Shown here one piece after another: positions 37,994 to 47,889 of a DNA stretch of 64,000 nt (positions are counted from its first letter, which is position 1; each line of letters starts with the position of its first letter). Position numbers and translations under genes: made by a program. The notes beneath the pieces were generated by a model that ran no database searches, was not told the DNA's origin, and was given only the letters and a program-made list of their open reading frames with translations. The DNA comes from Somniosus microcephalus (lineage: Eukaryota). The stretch is from the NCBI GenBank assembly GCA_052327205.1, contig CM126204.1:257238001-257302000 (forward strand), written 5' to 3'.

Positions 37994-40900
37994 TTATCTT
38001 CTGCTTCTTCTTTTTCTTTTCTGCCTTTTTGAAACTCTCGGAGCTCCTTTCTCGGCTGCCAGCTGTAGCACCACCAACTCTCTATGTTCCTTAGACCTTA
38101 AGTGCTTCCTCCGGATTTCAGCACTTTGGGAGTTTTCATCACAAGCTGGGCAGACCACATCCTCGTAATATTCAGTGTCACTCAACAGGTCATGGTAATA
38201 TTCGGGTTCGTCCTGAGTTAGGCCAGCGAGAGAGCCTTCTTCTTCCTCCTCACCCGTCTGGACGTTAGCTGACGGTGGTTCCTTCCCTAGACATCTTTCT
38301 TGAAAAGACTTCTTCATGCATTCATATTCATCCCGCTCTTCCTGGGTTGTCTGCCATTCCTTCACTACTGACCTCATTTGTGAGTTCAATACCTTCCCTT
38401 CCACCGGGGATTGCGGTATCAGGCTATTTAATCCTTCTACTGAAGCAGCTGTTTCAACATTCTTCTGTTCACATTGACGTGATTCAACGAACTCTTCATA
38501 GAGTAAACTGTAACACAAAATCTGTGTTGCCACCTCAGTTATTTCTGTAACTTTTGGGAGCTCCGAATTCCTTCCCTTTGCAGATTGAAGCTCGTGTTCC
38601 CATTGTGGAGTCTTGTCTCTCAGCATGTGAAGGAGTTGGCTGACCGTTAACTCTTCCGCGGGGACTCTGTGGATCAGAGTCTTCACCATTTCATCCACCT
38701 TTCCCTCCAATGCTTTCACCTTCCTTTCCTCTTGTACTTTGGTTTCAAGCGCTCGAAGAAGTTGCGCCTTGATGCTCCCAAGCTCATGTTCAGAGCCCAT
38801 TCTTACAGTCTCTGTGTTTCTTACAGTTTCCTTCCCTTCCACTGAAAGGATTCCCAGTTGACTCTGCTCTTCAAGTCGTTGAACCTCGGTCATTGCCGCC
38901 TCATATTTATCTTGGGTTTCCTCCAATATTTTTATGAGTTCTTGGACATCTTGTCTTTCATGTTCTGCCATGTCTTTCACCGCTAAATTCTCATCTATGG
39001 ATGGAACTTTTACCGATGAGTCTGTCTTGGCCTTGAGCTCATCAAGAATTTCCTGCAGCCTTTGGACTTCTTGCTCATGTTCAACCTTTAGTTGTTCATA
39101 TGCTTCTACTGAAACTAGCTTTTCGGAGGCTGCCGAGTTAATCCCCTCCAGAATTGTAGCCTGGGCCTGTTCATACTGTTCTTTCCACTTCTCACACTCT
39201 GCTTGTAAGGAGTCATAGAGAAGAACTGGAATAAAATCCCGGCTTCCTGAAGATTCCTCTTCATTTGCTTCTTTCGCAATTTCCTGTTGGAGTTCAGCCA
39301 AGGCTGCTATGCTATCTGCCTCTTGAAGTCTCACTGCCATCAAATCTTCTTTATTCTTGCAGTCTATCTCAGTCATTTTCCCTTTATTTTCATTCAACTG
39401 AGTGATAAGCTCCTCTTGCAACATGGCCACATTATTCACATCAGGTAAAGAAGCGTTTCTCTTTTCCATGTCCAAGATTTTTTTCTGCATCTCTTTAAGT
39501 GCACACTGCGATTCAGCTTCTCTTAACCTTGCCTGCACTAGCTCCGTCTCCAATTGCAGAACAAAATCCTCAGTGTAGCGTGGTTTGCCTTTATGCTGTA
39601 TCTCTAGATCATGCAAATATTCTAACTCCTGAACATCATAAGGGAGGTGTGATCGGTAATTGGTCACGATGGCTCTATGGTCGCTCTCTGCTTGAGCCAG
39701 CAGGTTCTGTTGTCTTTCCAGACTCTCCCATTCGGTGTCATAGAACTTTTTCATTGTTTTCATCTCTTGTACGAGACGGTAACTTAATTGTTCGAATTGT
39801 TGTCGTACTTTGAAATAACGTTGAGTTCGAGCTCGGTGTTCCTCCGTAATGCATATGTCTGTGACTTGAACAGACTCAGAATTCTCTGTCTTTATGCACG
39901 CCATCGTTTTTCCAACCTTAGTCAGTGAGTTCATGTTAACCTTGTTTTTCATACGTGGGCTGGACTTATCGTCTTCCGGCTCAGAGTCTGAGCTGCTTGT
40001 CTGCACCGAGTCCTCACTCGTCATTGCTTGTAGGTAGTGCCATTCCATGTCTATTTTCTTGATCCACTCCCGTCCTAGAAGTGGTGGTCCTCCCTCATGT
40101 AGTACATACAAGTTCATTCTTGGGTGTTCTTTACCCCATCTCTCACCTTGACGGTATACTTTATGCCCCGTGTATGTCTGTAATACGAACTTGGTATCTC
40201 TTAAGGGTATGTGTGAGAAAAGCCGGTGGTAATCCCCTCGATTTATGACTGATACAGCTGATCCAGTGTCCAACTCCATTTTCACTTGGACTCCAGCTAT
40301 TTTTAGCATGACCCAGATAGTTTGTAGGTCAGCTTCCTTACTCACATGGTGGATACTCAGACTACCCAGCTCCTGGCCGTTTGGATCTGAGTCTGGATTC
40401 TGTTCGTCTGAACTCTTCTCAGCCCCCTCGTATACCTTGTTGTACTTTTCTTGTGATGGCTTCCTTTGGTTGTTGGTCTTCTTCCCTGACCGGCATACCT
40501 TAGCGATGTGACCCAGTTTGCCACATTTCCTACATTCTTGGTTCTTAAACCAGCATTGATTCTGGTCGTGTGTTGTCTTCCCACAACGATAGCATTTTGT
40601 TGTACTCGAGGTAATTTGGTCCACCCCGAGCGCCGCCGCCTTTAGTTGCATTTCCGCCGTTCCTTTCGCGGCGGCTTCGTGTGATGCGGCTATAAGGACA
40701 GCCCTGTCAAGTGTAAGGTCGTTCTCTTCTAGTAGGCGCTTTTGCGTCCCTTCCTTGGACAATCCGCCTACGAACTTGTCTCGCAGTGCCTCTGTCAGAT
40801 TCCCTCCGAACTGGCAGTATTTCGCTAGCCTACGCAGTTCGACCAAGTATTCTGCGTTGTTTTCGTCTTTCCGTTGCGTTCTTGCATAGAATTTGAATCG

Positions 40901-41164
40901 TTCAGCCAACATCAACGGTGTGGGGTTCAAGTGGTCCTTCAGAACAACCACAATCTCTTCGAAAGACTGATCCGCCGGTTTAGCTGGTGCTAGTAAATCC
41001 TTCAAGAGCCCATATGTCTTTGCGCCCATCGAGTTTAACAATGTTATCGCCTTGTCGTCTTCCTCTATTTTGTTGGCTTCACAATAGATCTCGATGCATT
41101 CCACGTACGTGGCCCAGTCTTCTATCTCAGAATTAAAATCATTAATATTCCCTCGCTTAGGCAT
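37994..41164 (-). CDS. Gag-protease fused to host-derived coiled-coil and zinc-finger segments (1056 aa, intact)
   Basis: aa1-170 Gag, two CCHC knuckles (aa191-224), protease LDTGSAVS...LLGREW (aa283-375); no RT/RH/IN motifs; C-terminal ~680 aa are acidic coiled coil, a CPAC..H..H finger and a basic tail. Confidence 0.9.
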   Translation of the reverse strand: MPKRGNINDFNSEIEDWATYVECIEIYCEANKIEEDDKAITLLNSMGAKTYGLLKDLLAPAKPADQSFEEIVVVLKDHLNPTPLMLAERFKFYARTQRKDENNAEYLVELRRLAKYCQFGGNLTEALRDKFVGGLSKEGTQKRLLEENDLTLDRAVLIAASHEAAAKGTAEMQLKAAALGVDQITSSTTKCYRCGKTTHDQNQCWFKNQECRKCGKLGHIAKVCRSGKKTNNQRKPSQEKYNKVYEGAEKSSDEQNPDSDPNGQELGSLSIHHVSKEADLQTIWVMLKIAGVQVKMELDTGSAVSVINRGDYHRLFSHIPLRDTKFVLQTYTGHKVYRQGERWGKEHPRMNLYVLHEGGPPLLGREWIKKIDMEWHYLQAMTSEDSVQTSSSDSEPEDDKSSPRMKNKVNMNSLTKVGKTMACIKTENSESVQVTDICITEEHRARTQRYFKVRQQFEQLSYRLVQEMKTMKKFYDTEWESLERQQNLLAQAESDHRAIVTNYRSHLPYDVQELEYLHDLEIQHKGKPRYTEDFVLQLETELVQARLREAESQCALKEMQKKILDMEKRNASLPDVNNVAMLQEELITQLNENKGKMTEIDCKNKEDLMAVRLQEADSIAALAELQQEIAKEANEEESSGSRDFIPVLLYDSLQAECEKWKEQYEQAQATILEGINSAASEKLVSVEAYEQLKVEHEQEVQRLQEILDELKAKTDSSVKVPSIDENLAVKDMAEHERQDVQELIKILEETQDKYEAAMTEVQRLEEQSQLGILSVEGKETVRNTETVRMGSEHELGSIKAQLLRALETKVQEERKVKALEGKVDEMVKTLIHRVPAEELTVSQLLHMLRDKTPQWEHELQSAKGRNSELPKVTEITEVATQILCYSLLYEEFVESRQCEQKNVETAASVEGLNSLIPQSPVEGKVLNSQMRSVVKEWQTTQEERDEYECMKKSFQERCLGKEPPSANVQTGEEEEEGSLAGLTQDEPEYYHDLLSDTEYYEDVVCPACDENSQSAEIRRKHLRSKEHRELVVLQLAAEKGAPRVSKRQKRKRRSRR

Positions 41165-42233
41165 CTTTCTTCCCTTGGGAGCAGCACCAGTATTTCTTTA
41201 AGTATTCTTATTTATTTGTTTATTTCTAAGATGGCGGTTTTCCCGCGAATATGGCGGTTTCCCGCTCTTCCTTTCTCTCCCCGCCCACTTCAATGGCGGT
41301 ATGTCAATCAAGATGGCGGTTTTCCCGCGAAAATGGCGGTTTCCCGCTCTTCCTTTCTCGCCCCGCCCACTTCAATGGCGGTTTCCCGCTTCTGGCGTCT
41401 TCTCCGCCTAATGGCGGCTTCCCGCGTTTCTTCCCGGTGGAAGGGGTACGCTTCCCCCCACAGCGGACAGGTTCAGCCGCTGGCTGGCTACCGCACAGCT
41501 CCCCTTACTCGGCTATGTCTTTTCCTCCCGCCCGCACGGTTCTACCGGCGCTGGGTACACCCCGTTAACAGAGGACAGTTCAGCCGCTGGACTGGCTCTC
41601 GCGCAGTCTCTCTCTCCGTACCCGGCTCTGTCGCTCTCTCACCCGCACGTTCGGTGTTACCGGCCCTGGGTACCCCGTTGGTGGAGAACAGCTCAGCCGC
41701 TGGACTGGCTCCTCGCAGTCTCTCTCTCCGCACCCGGCTCTCACCCGCACGGTTCCCGTTCGCCTCCCCAGCCCTCTCGCAGACCGGTGTTTCCCTCCCC
41801 GGCTGCAGCTGGGTTTCTCTTCCCGCGCCTACTCGCAGGCTCAGCGCTTCGTGGCTGCGGTCGCTGCCCAGATTTTTCCCGCCGATCGCGGTCCAGCTGT
41901 CACCCGACGCCGTTGGACCCGACTTTTGGCCGGCACAGCTCCCCCTCGACCGAGGTCGAGTGCTCTGCCCTTATCCTCCGGATACTTCTACACCTTCCCC
42001 TACTCACAGTCTCTTCGGCCGCCTTGTTTCTTGCTGGTCGGCTCACTCCGCACCGTGGCAGAAGGGTAGTCAGTGCCTGTTGCTGATACAGCTTTTGTTG
42101 TTAGTCTTCCTGCTTTCTGTTGTTGCAGCCTCGTGTTTTCTTTTGGTAGCACGACGAGGGCGGTTGTCTCTCTTCGACGCTCTTCGTTGCTTTTGGTAAT
42201 CTTGCCGCAGGGTATGATCGGACTCGTCGCCAC

Positions 42234-42488
42234 TGTAAAGTCTGTGGGTTGTGCAGTTAATAAATACACAGACTTCAGAAGTAACAAACAAACAGGTCTT
42301 TACTATTCGAAGGTCCGGGCGAATCTGCCCCAGAAATCCTGCTACAACACTTATATACTGGTGTGGTCACTATCGGTATTACAGTATACAGAAGCCAAAC
42401 AAATAGTGCCACACCTAAAGTAGTTCCCTTAAAGGTGAACGGTTACATTCAATAGTTCCCTTAAAGGTAGACGGGTACATACACTACA
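42234..42488 (-). repeat. 5' LTR
   Basis: Direct repeat of 37317-37571; on the element strand it is followed by the PBS. Confidence 0.95.
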
Positions 42489-43440
42489 GAGAGCACTGAC
42501 TCTTTCCTATGAATCTTCCTACACGTTGAATTTTTGATCTTAGTTGATATTCTAGAGGTGCTAAGTTTAGCCAAAGAACCTTCTCAAAGAGGAAGTTAAG
42601 GAATTGAGTCACACATGAGGCCGTCAGCCATTAGTTAAACAGCAGCCCAGGCAGTGACCTGGTGGTCTCCCTCTGGACTGATGCATTGCAGAGAGAAAGA
42701 AAGGAAAGATCCTAAAGGCTGGCCGAAAACAATGACACTTTTTTTAAAGTGTTTTTTCATAAATCAACTGAAATTGCTATTATGCCTTTTGGGTGAAAGG
42801 AAGTTAGTGGAGGAATACAAGACTTTCCCATCCTTTTACTCAGTGACACAGCTAGGTCAGCTCTAGCATATGTTTCTGATGTCCTAGCATTTGTTAATGT
42901 TTTTTTTCTTTGTCCAATTTTCTTCCCTCCTCCACTGAATATGTTTACTTGAGTTGGAGTACAATTTCACAGGTACCGGGCACCGAACTGGCTATTGTAT
43001 ATCTGAAAAGTGAAGATTGGTAGGATATTTGACTCTTTGTGTGTGGGTATGGGAGAGTATCATAGCCAAGCCTGATCCAGTCCTCAACTGATGGTCACAC
43101 ATATACTTTCTAGTAGCAATCGCTGGGTAACATTTTAGAGATACAACCTTGATTGTTTTATCCCTCCCCACCCATCCCACCTCACCCCATCCCTAGACCA
43201 ACAGGCCTAAGGCCAAACAATGGCTGAGGTCTCCTAGGGATCTAATGTGGAACCTTTCTGGTCTATATAACTCAATTCCATACAGGCCAGTGCATCTACT
43301 CTCGAGTTATCCAGCGAGTTATTGGGCTGTTTAACATGATCCTCATTTATAAATTATTACAGTGCTAGGTAATCATATATATGAACCTTTAAAAAGATGA
43401 GACAAAGGATTTACAGTATGTAGAAATCTAGCAAACTTAC

Positions 43441-43617
43441 TGTCTTTATACCGGTCATTTCAGTAAGAATATACTGGAGATGCACACCATCATTCCGGAG
43501 ATCTAATTCAATCGCTTTGTAAGGAATGCCCAGTTCTGTAAATATGCTCTTTACAATATCACAGTAGGGGCATGTAGTTTTGGAAAAGATCACAACACGG
43601 TTTTGTGTAATTGTGTC
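43441..43617 (-). CDS. GLRX2: Glutaredoxin-2, active-site exon
   Basis: cag| DTITQNRVVIFSKTTCPYCDIVK...IELD...MTGIKT |gtaagt; 177 nt; upstream exon(s) not identified in the window. Confidence 0.92.
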
Positions 43618-44620
43618 CTGAAAGAAATGAATTCAAGAGTTTTGTTTTCAATTTCTTAAAAAGAAAACAATATTTCTCCTCTACTCGTCCCTTATTTGAT
43701 TGCTAACCATTGCTGTAGTTGAATGTTATTATTTCCCAGAAGACTGGTCTTTCCTATTAATTTCAATAAGGGTTATTGCTTGGTTAATCAGCACATAGGC
43801 CCGTATTTTCCGATCGGAGGCTTCCTGCGTGTGGAGGCCTCCAATCTGGAAAAAAATCTACGGACTTACCTGAGGTCTCCCGAGGTCTGGACACTTCCGC
43901 TCCTGAGCCTCTCCAACTCGAAATGCGCAGGGCCCACGTATCCCAGAGGTACATGTGGTTCACAAGCATCCCTGGGATCACGTGGGCCATGGAGAGCCAA
44001 TAGGCGAAGGGAATCTCCCTTCATACACTTGACAGATAGACCTGTCAAATGTATGAATGGCGATCACCCCAAAGACACTGTAAAACATTAAATAATTTTT
44101 TTTAAACATCACGGCCTAGAAATTCAGTTAGTAGCGCCAGCCGCTAGCGCCTTAAGAGGGCGATAAGTGGGGCGCGAAGCAGCTAGCACCCGGGCGCGGC
44201 GCGATCTGCACCTCTCGCGAACTTGAGTGGACATTTAGCGGCGGCGCAAGACCGCAACGCCCGCTCAGCTGCGCGCACAGATCCTGACGTCATTTCATGG
44301 TGCAACGCCCTTGGTGCGCCCCGAACCGGAAGTTCAGTGGCGCCCCCCTTCTTTCCGCCTGGCGCTCCAGCGACTGGTTTAGTGGAACGGTTCCCAGTCG
44401 CTGTGGGGCTGGGGGGGCGCAATTTAAAGGCGGCTCTTCCTGCCTTCTTTGTGGTAACCATTTTGGACCACTTCTGTGTGAGAGAGAGAGATTTGCAGAG
44501 AGACAAAGGGAGAGAGCTTTCTGCTTTGACTCAGTGCTCGCACAGGTACTTCTGGCTTCAGCCCAGACCTTTGCAGTTGGATTGATTTTTCAGTGCCATA
44601 GCCTTGAGTGGCCACCTATA

Positions 44621-46066
44621 ATGGGGGCTGCAATGGGTGGAAACGTTGGGTTTCTCCATTGCATTGAGAGGGCTCAGAGATGCCGAGAGAGACTGCCAAT
44701 CATGGCCAGACGGAGGAGGGCCAACAGGCGTCGGCACAGGAGGCCTTACCCTCCCAGGGTATACCGCCAGCAGTTCTCATACCTCAACATGTCTGAGGAG
44801 CAGTGTATTCGGAGGCTTCGATTCAGAAGGGAGGTGGTCACTGAGATCTGCCACCTGCTTCAGAGAGATCTGCAGCCTCAGCTGAGGAGCAGGACGTCTC
44901 TGTCGGTGGCAGTGAAGGTGACAGTGGCTCTGAACTTCTATGCCACCGGCTCCTTCCAATCCGCTACTGGGGACATTGCCAATGTCTCCCAGTTCACGGT
45001 GCATTGCTGCATCCGCCAAGTCATGAATGCTCTCTTCAAAAGGAGATCACAGAAATCACAGAAACCTCACAGTGCAGATAGAGGCCATTTCGGCCCATCG
45101 AGCCTACACCGAAACATATCCCACCCTATCCCCGTAACCCCACGTATATAATCCCCCTAACACTAAGGGTCAATTTATCATAGCCAATCAACCTAACCTG
45201 CACATCTTTGGACTGTGGGAGGAAACCGGAGCACCCGGAGGAAACCCACGCAGACACAAGGAGAATGTGCAAACTCCACACAGACAGTCACCCGAGGCCG
45301 GATTCGAACCCGGGTCCCTGGCGCTGTGAGGCAACAGTGCTAACCACTATGCCACCGTGCTGCCAGTACATGTCAGTACATTTCCTTCCCCATGACCCTG
45401 GACAAGCAGCAGGAGCGTGCAATGGGAATTGCAAGAATAGCGGGCTTCCCCATGGTCCAGGGCGCCATTGACTGCACGCATGTGGCTTTGCGGGCGCCTC
45501 TGGAGAATGCCGAGGATTACTGCAACCGGAAGGGGTTCCATTCGTTGAACGTGCAGTTGGTGTGTGACCACAGGCAGCTGGTACTAGCTGTCAATGCCCG
45601 CTTTCCAGGCAGCAGCCACGACGCCTTCATCCTGCGCCAGGCTTCTTTGGCAGACCTTTTCGAAGCCCCGGCTCACCCAGGAGGCTGGCTTCTCGGGGAC
45701 AAGGGCTATCCTTTGTGCACCTGGCTGATGACCCTGCTCCGTGCGCCCAGCACCCCTGCTGAAGAGCGATACAATGACAACCATCAAGCGACCAGGAACA
45801 TCATTGAGCACACAATCGGCATGCTAAAGCAATGGTTCCGCTGTCTGGACCATTCTGGGGGAGCCCGTCAGTACTCGCATGAGCGAGTCTCCCATTTCAT
45901 TGTAGTGTGCTGCATGCTGCACAACCTAGCTATCCTCAGGACTCAGCCACTGCCAGCAGACATTGGAGGACCACCAGAGGAGGAGGAGGAGGAGGAGCAC
46001 CAAGACGGGAGGGAGGCACAAAGTGCAAGGGCCGTCCGTCAGCGGCTTATTGCAAGTCGGTTCTAG
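44621..46066 (+). pseudogene. Harbinger transposase interrupted by a SINE
   Basis: MGAAMG...VTVALNFYATGSFQ, then the SINE (45047-45364), then [37 protein letters not shown]. Confidence 0.9.
45047..45364 (-). mobile_element. HE1-type V-SINE (tRNA-derived)
   Basis: On -: GGCAGCACGGTGGCATAGTGGTTAGCACTG...GGGTTCGAATCC head, V-domain TGTCTGTGTGGAGTTTGCACATTCTCC, CR1/HER1-type tail GATGGGCCGAAATGGCCTC. Confidence 0.9.
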
Positions 46067-47680
46067 GCCCACTCTCAGGGAATGGCTTGTGCCATTGAAA
46101 AAACATGAATGGACCCGCTCCGCAAACCCTGAGCCGGTCAAGGCAACAAATAGTTCAAAGTGCAAACATGCACAATCTGAATAAAGACACTTCTTTAGTT
46201 AACAAACTGTGTGCCCTTCCCGCATGACAAAGTAATAGAGAGAAACCCCCAAAAAAGCAGTCAGACACATAACTGGCTCTCACAACCTGGAAACAATGAA
46301 CAAAAGAGTTAAACAAAAATGACCATGATCCTTGGCCTTCACAAAAAAAAACACAGCATTTTGCCACACCTCCTACTTTTTGGCCTGCGAGGGTGATCTG
46401 CCTTGCTTCCGAGATTGGCCCCTTCCCACCCTGCAGCTCCTCCGCAATGGGACCCCAGTGGCTGCAGCAAGGCTGGGGGAAGGCTGCTGAGGGTCAGATA
46501 GTGAGTCGGCAGATGCCCTTGGGGAACAGCCTGGACCAGCACTGGGCCTGGAGGGCCCGGCTGCTGACTGCTCCAACTCTGCTTGGGCAGCAGCAGTCTG
46601 TCCTACGGGTGGTGGCAGCTGCAGTAGAGGAGTGACAGTGTTGGCAGCAGGAATGCTGCCAACCTGACAGAGCACAGGCACTCCCTGGTCGGACGGGACA
46701 CTGGCACTCGCACGGGGCAGCACTGAACCATGCGCGGCAATCTGCTGAAGCACAGACTGCTGGCCTGCTGCGGCGCGGCGAGGGCCCCGGCGAATCCTGC
46801 CCGATCCAGCAAGGGTGGCAGCAGTTAGTGCTTGTGTGGCCCTGATCTGTGTCTGCATCAGACCAGCCAGTGACTGCATGGCACGACTAAGCACTTGGCT
46901 GGAAGCTGCCTGTGCTGCCCCGAATTCCTGTACACTCCTTGCCAGTGACTCTATGGAGTCAGGCATCCTTGCCACTGCAGCCATGAGCTCAGTGTGCCTG
47001 CACTCCGCCTGGGCACCCATTTCACCAAGGAGCCGCACCTCCTCTGCGCTCACTGTAGCAGGACTGGAGGCCACACTCTCCCTCTGGGGAGAAGGCCGCC
47101 GAGCTTCCCTACCCCCTCCGCGTTGCTGCAGCCCGCTGGGCCCCGGAGCTTCCCCCTCCTCAGACCCTTCCCCCCCTGCTCCCCTCCAGGGAAGACGTGT
47201 CCCCATTATGGCCATGGGCTGCCTCGGCTGAGGGTGGCACTGATGTTCCGGCTTCCTCTTCCTCCTCCTCGCCTTCCGATTCACTCACAGTGGCAGCTTG
47301 AGGGCCCGCCTCCTCACCTGGCGAATCAGCATCTGAAAGCAGGGAGGTACAAGAGTTGCTTTAGCGTGAGGACAGGGCGGCAGCGAGGGAGGCATGAGTG
47401 CTGCAATGCACTGCATTGGTTCAATAGTGGCAAAGGATGCTGGTGTGAGGCACAAGTGGAAAGAGAGAGGACCAAAAGGTGATCTCCTTACCATTGCTGT
47501 CCAGAACGAGGTCGGCATCTCCAGTGGCGACGGGGCCAATCAGTCGGCCTGCCATAATCCATTCCAATCGCTGCTCCAGATCGCTGAGGTCTTTAAGTTC
47601 AGGGCGGCCTCCCCCGGTCTGTTGATGCTGCCTCCTATTGTGGGCCAGCTTGCCCTGCAAGAGAAAGGACGGGCTCTGAG

Positions 47681-47889
47681 TACAGTGTGAAGCCCTGATC
47701 TTGGCTGCACTGCCTCCCATGGTGCACTAGCCCTTACAGTGTCAAGCCCTGATCTTGGCTGCACTGCCTCCCATGGTCGAATAGCCCTTACAGTGTCAAG
47801 CCCTGATCTTGGCTGCACTGCCTCCCATGGTGGAATAGCCCTTACAGTGTCAAGCCTGATCTTGGCTGCACTGCCTCCCATGGTGGAAT
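47681..47889. repeat. 54-bp minisatellite (~4 units here; one more at 51183-51230 beyond the LINE)
   Basis: CCCTGATCTTGGCTGCACTGCCTCCCATGG recurs at 47693, 47747, 47801, 47855 and 51182. Confidence 0.9.

Larger units (their letters stand above)
37317..42488 (-). mobile_element. Non-autonomous Gypsy (Mag-like) LTR retrotransposon with captured host sequences
   Basis: Two 255-bp TG..CA LTRs, identical by eye; GAGAG TSD (37312-37316, 42489-42493); PBS TGGCGACGAG (tRNA-Ser GCT-type 3' end); PPT AAAAAGGGAGGAT. Confidence 0.95.

Noticed and set aside
37994-39850. A genuine host gene or env gene at the 1056-aa ORF
   Set aside because: Intronless, fused to Gag-PR between LTRs; no signal peptide or transmembrane segment visible; segments resemble several unrelated genes.
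41216-42199. 327-aa + strand ORF antisense to the LTR leader
   Set aside because: Low-complexity translation of GC-rich tandem duplications with no recognisable domain.
47681-47889. Regular repeats resembling a CRISPR array
   Set aside because: Head-to-tail 54-bp units with no unique spacers, no cas genes, and a eukaryotic context.
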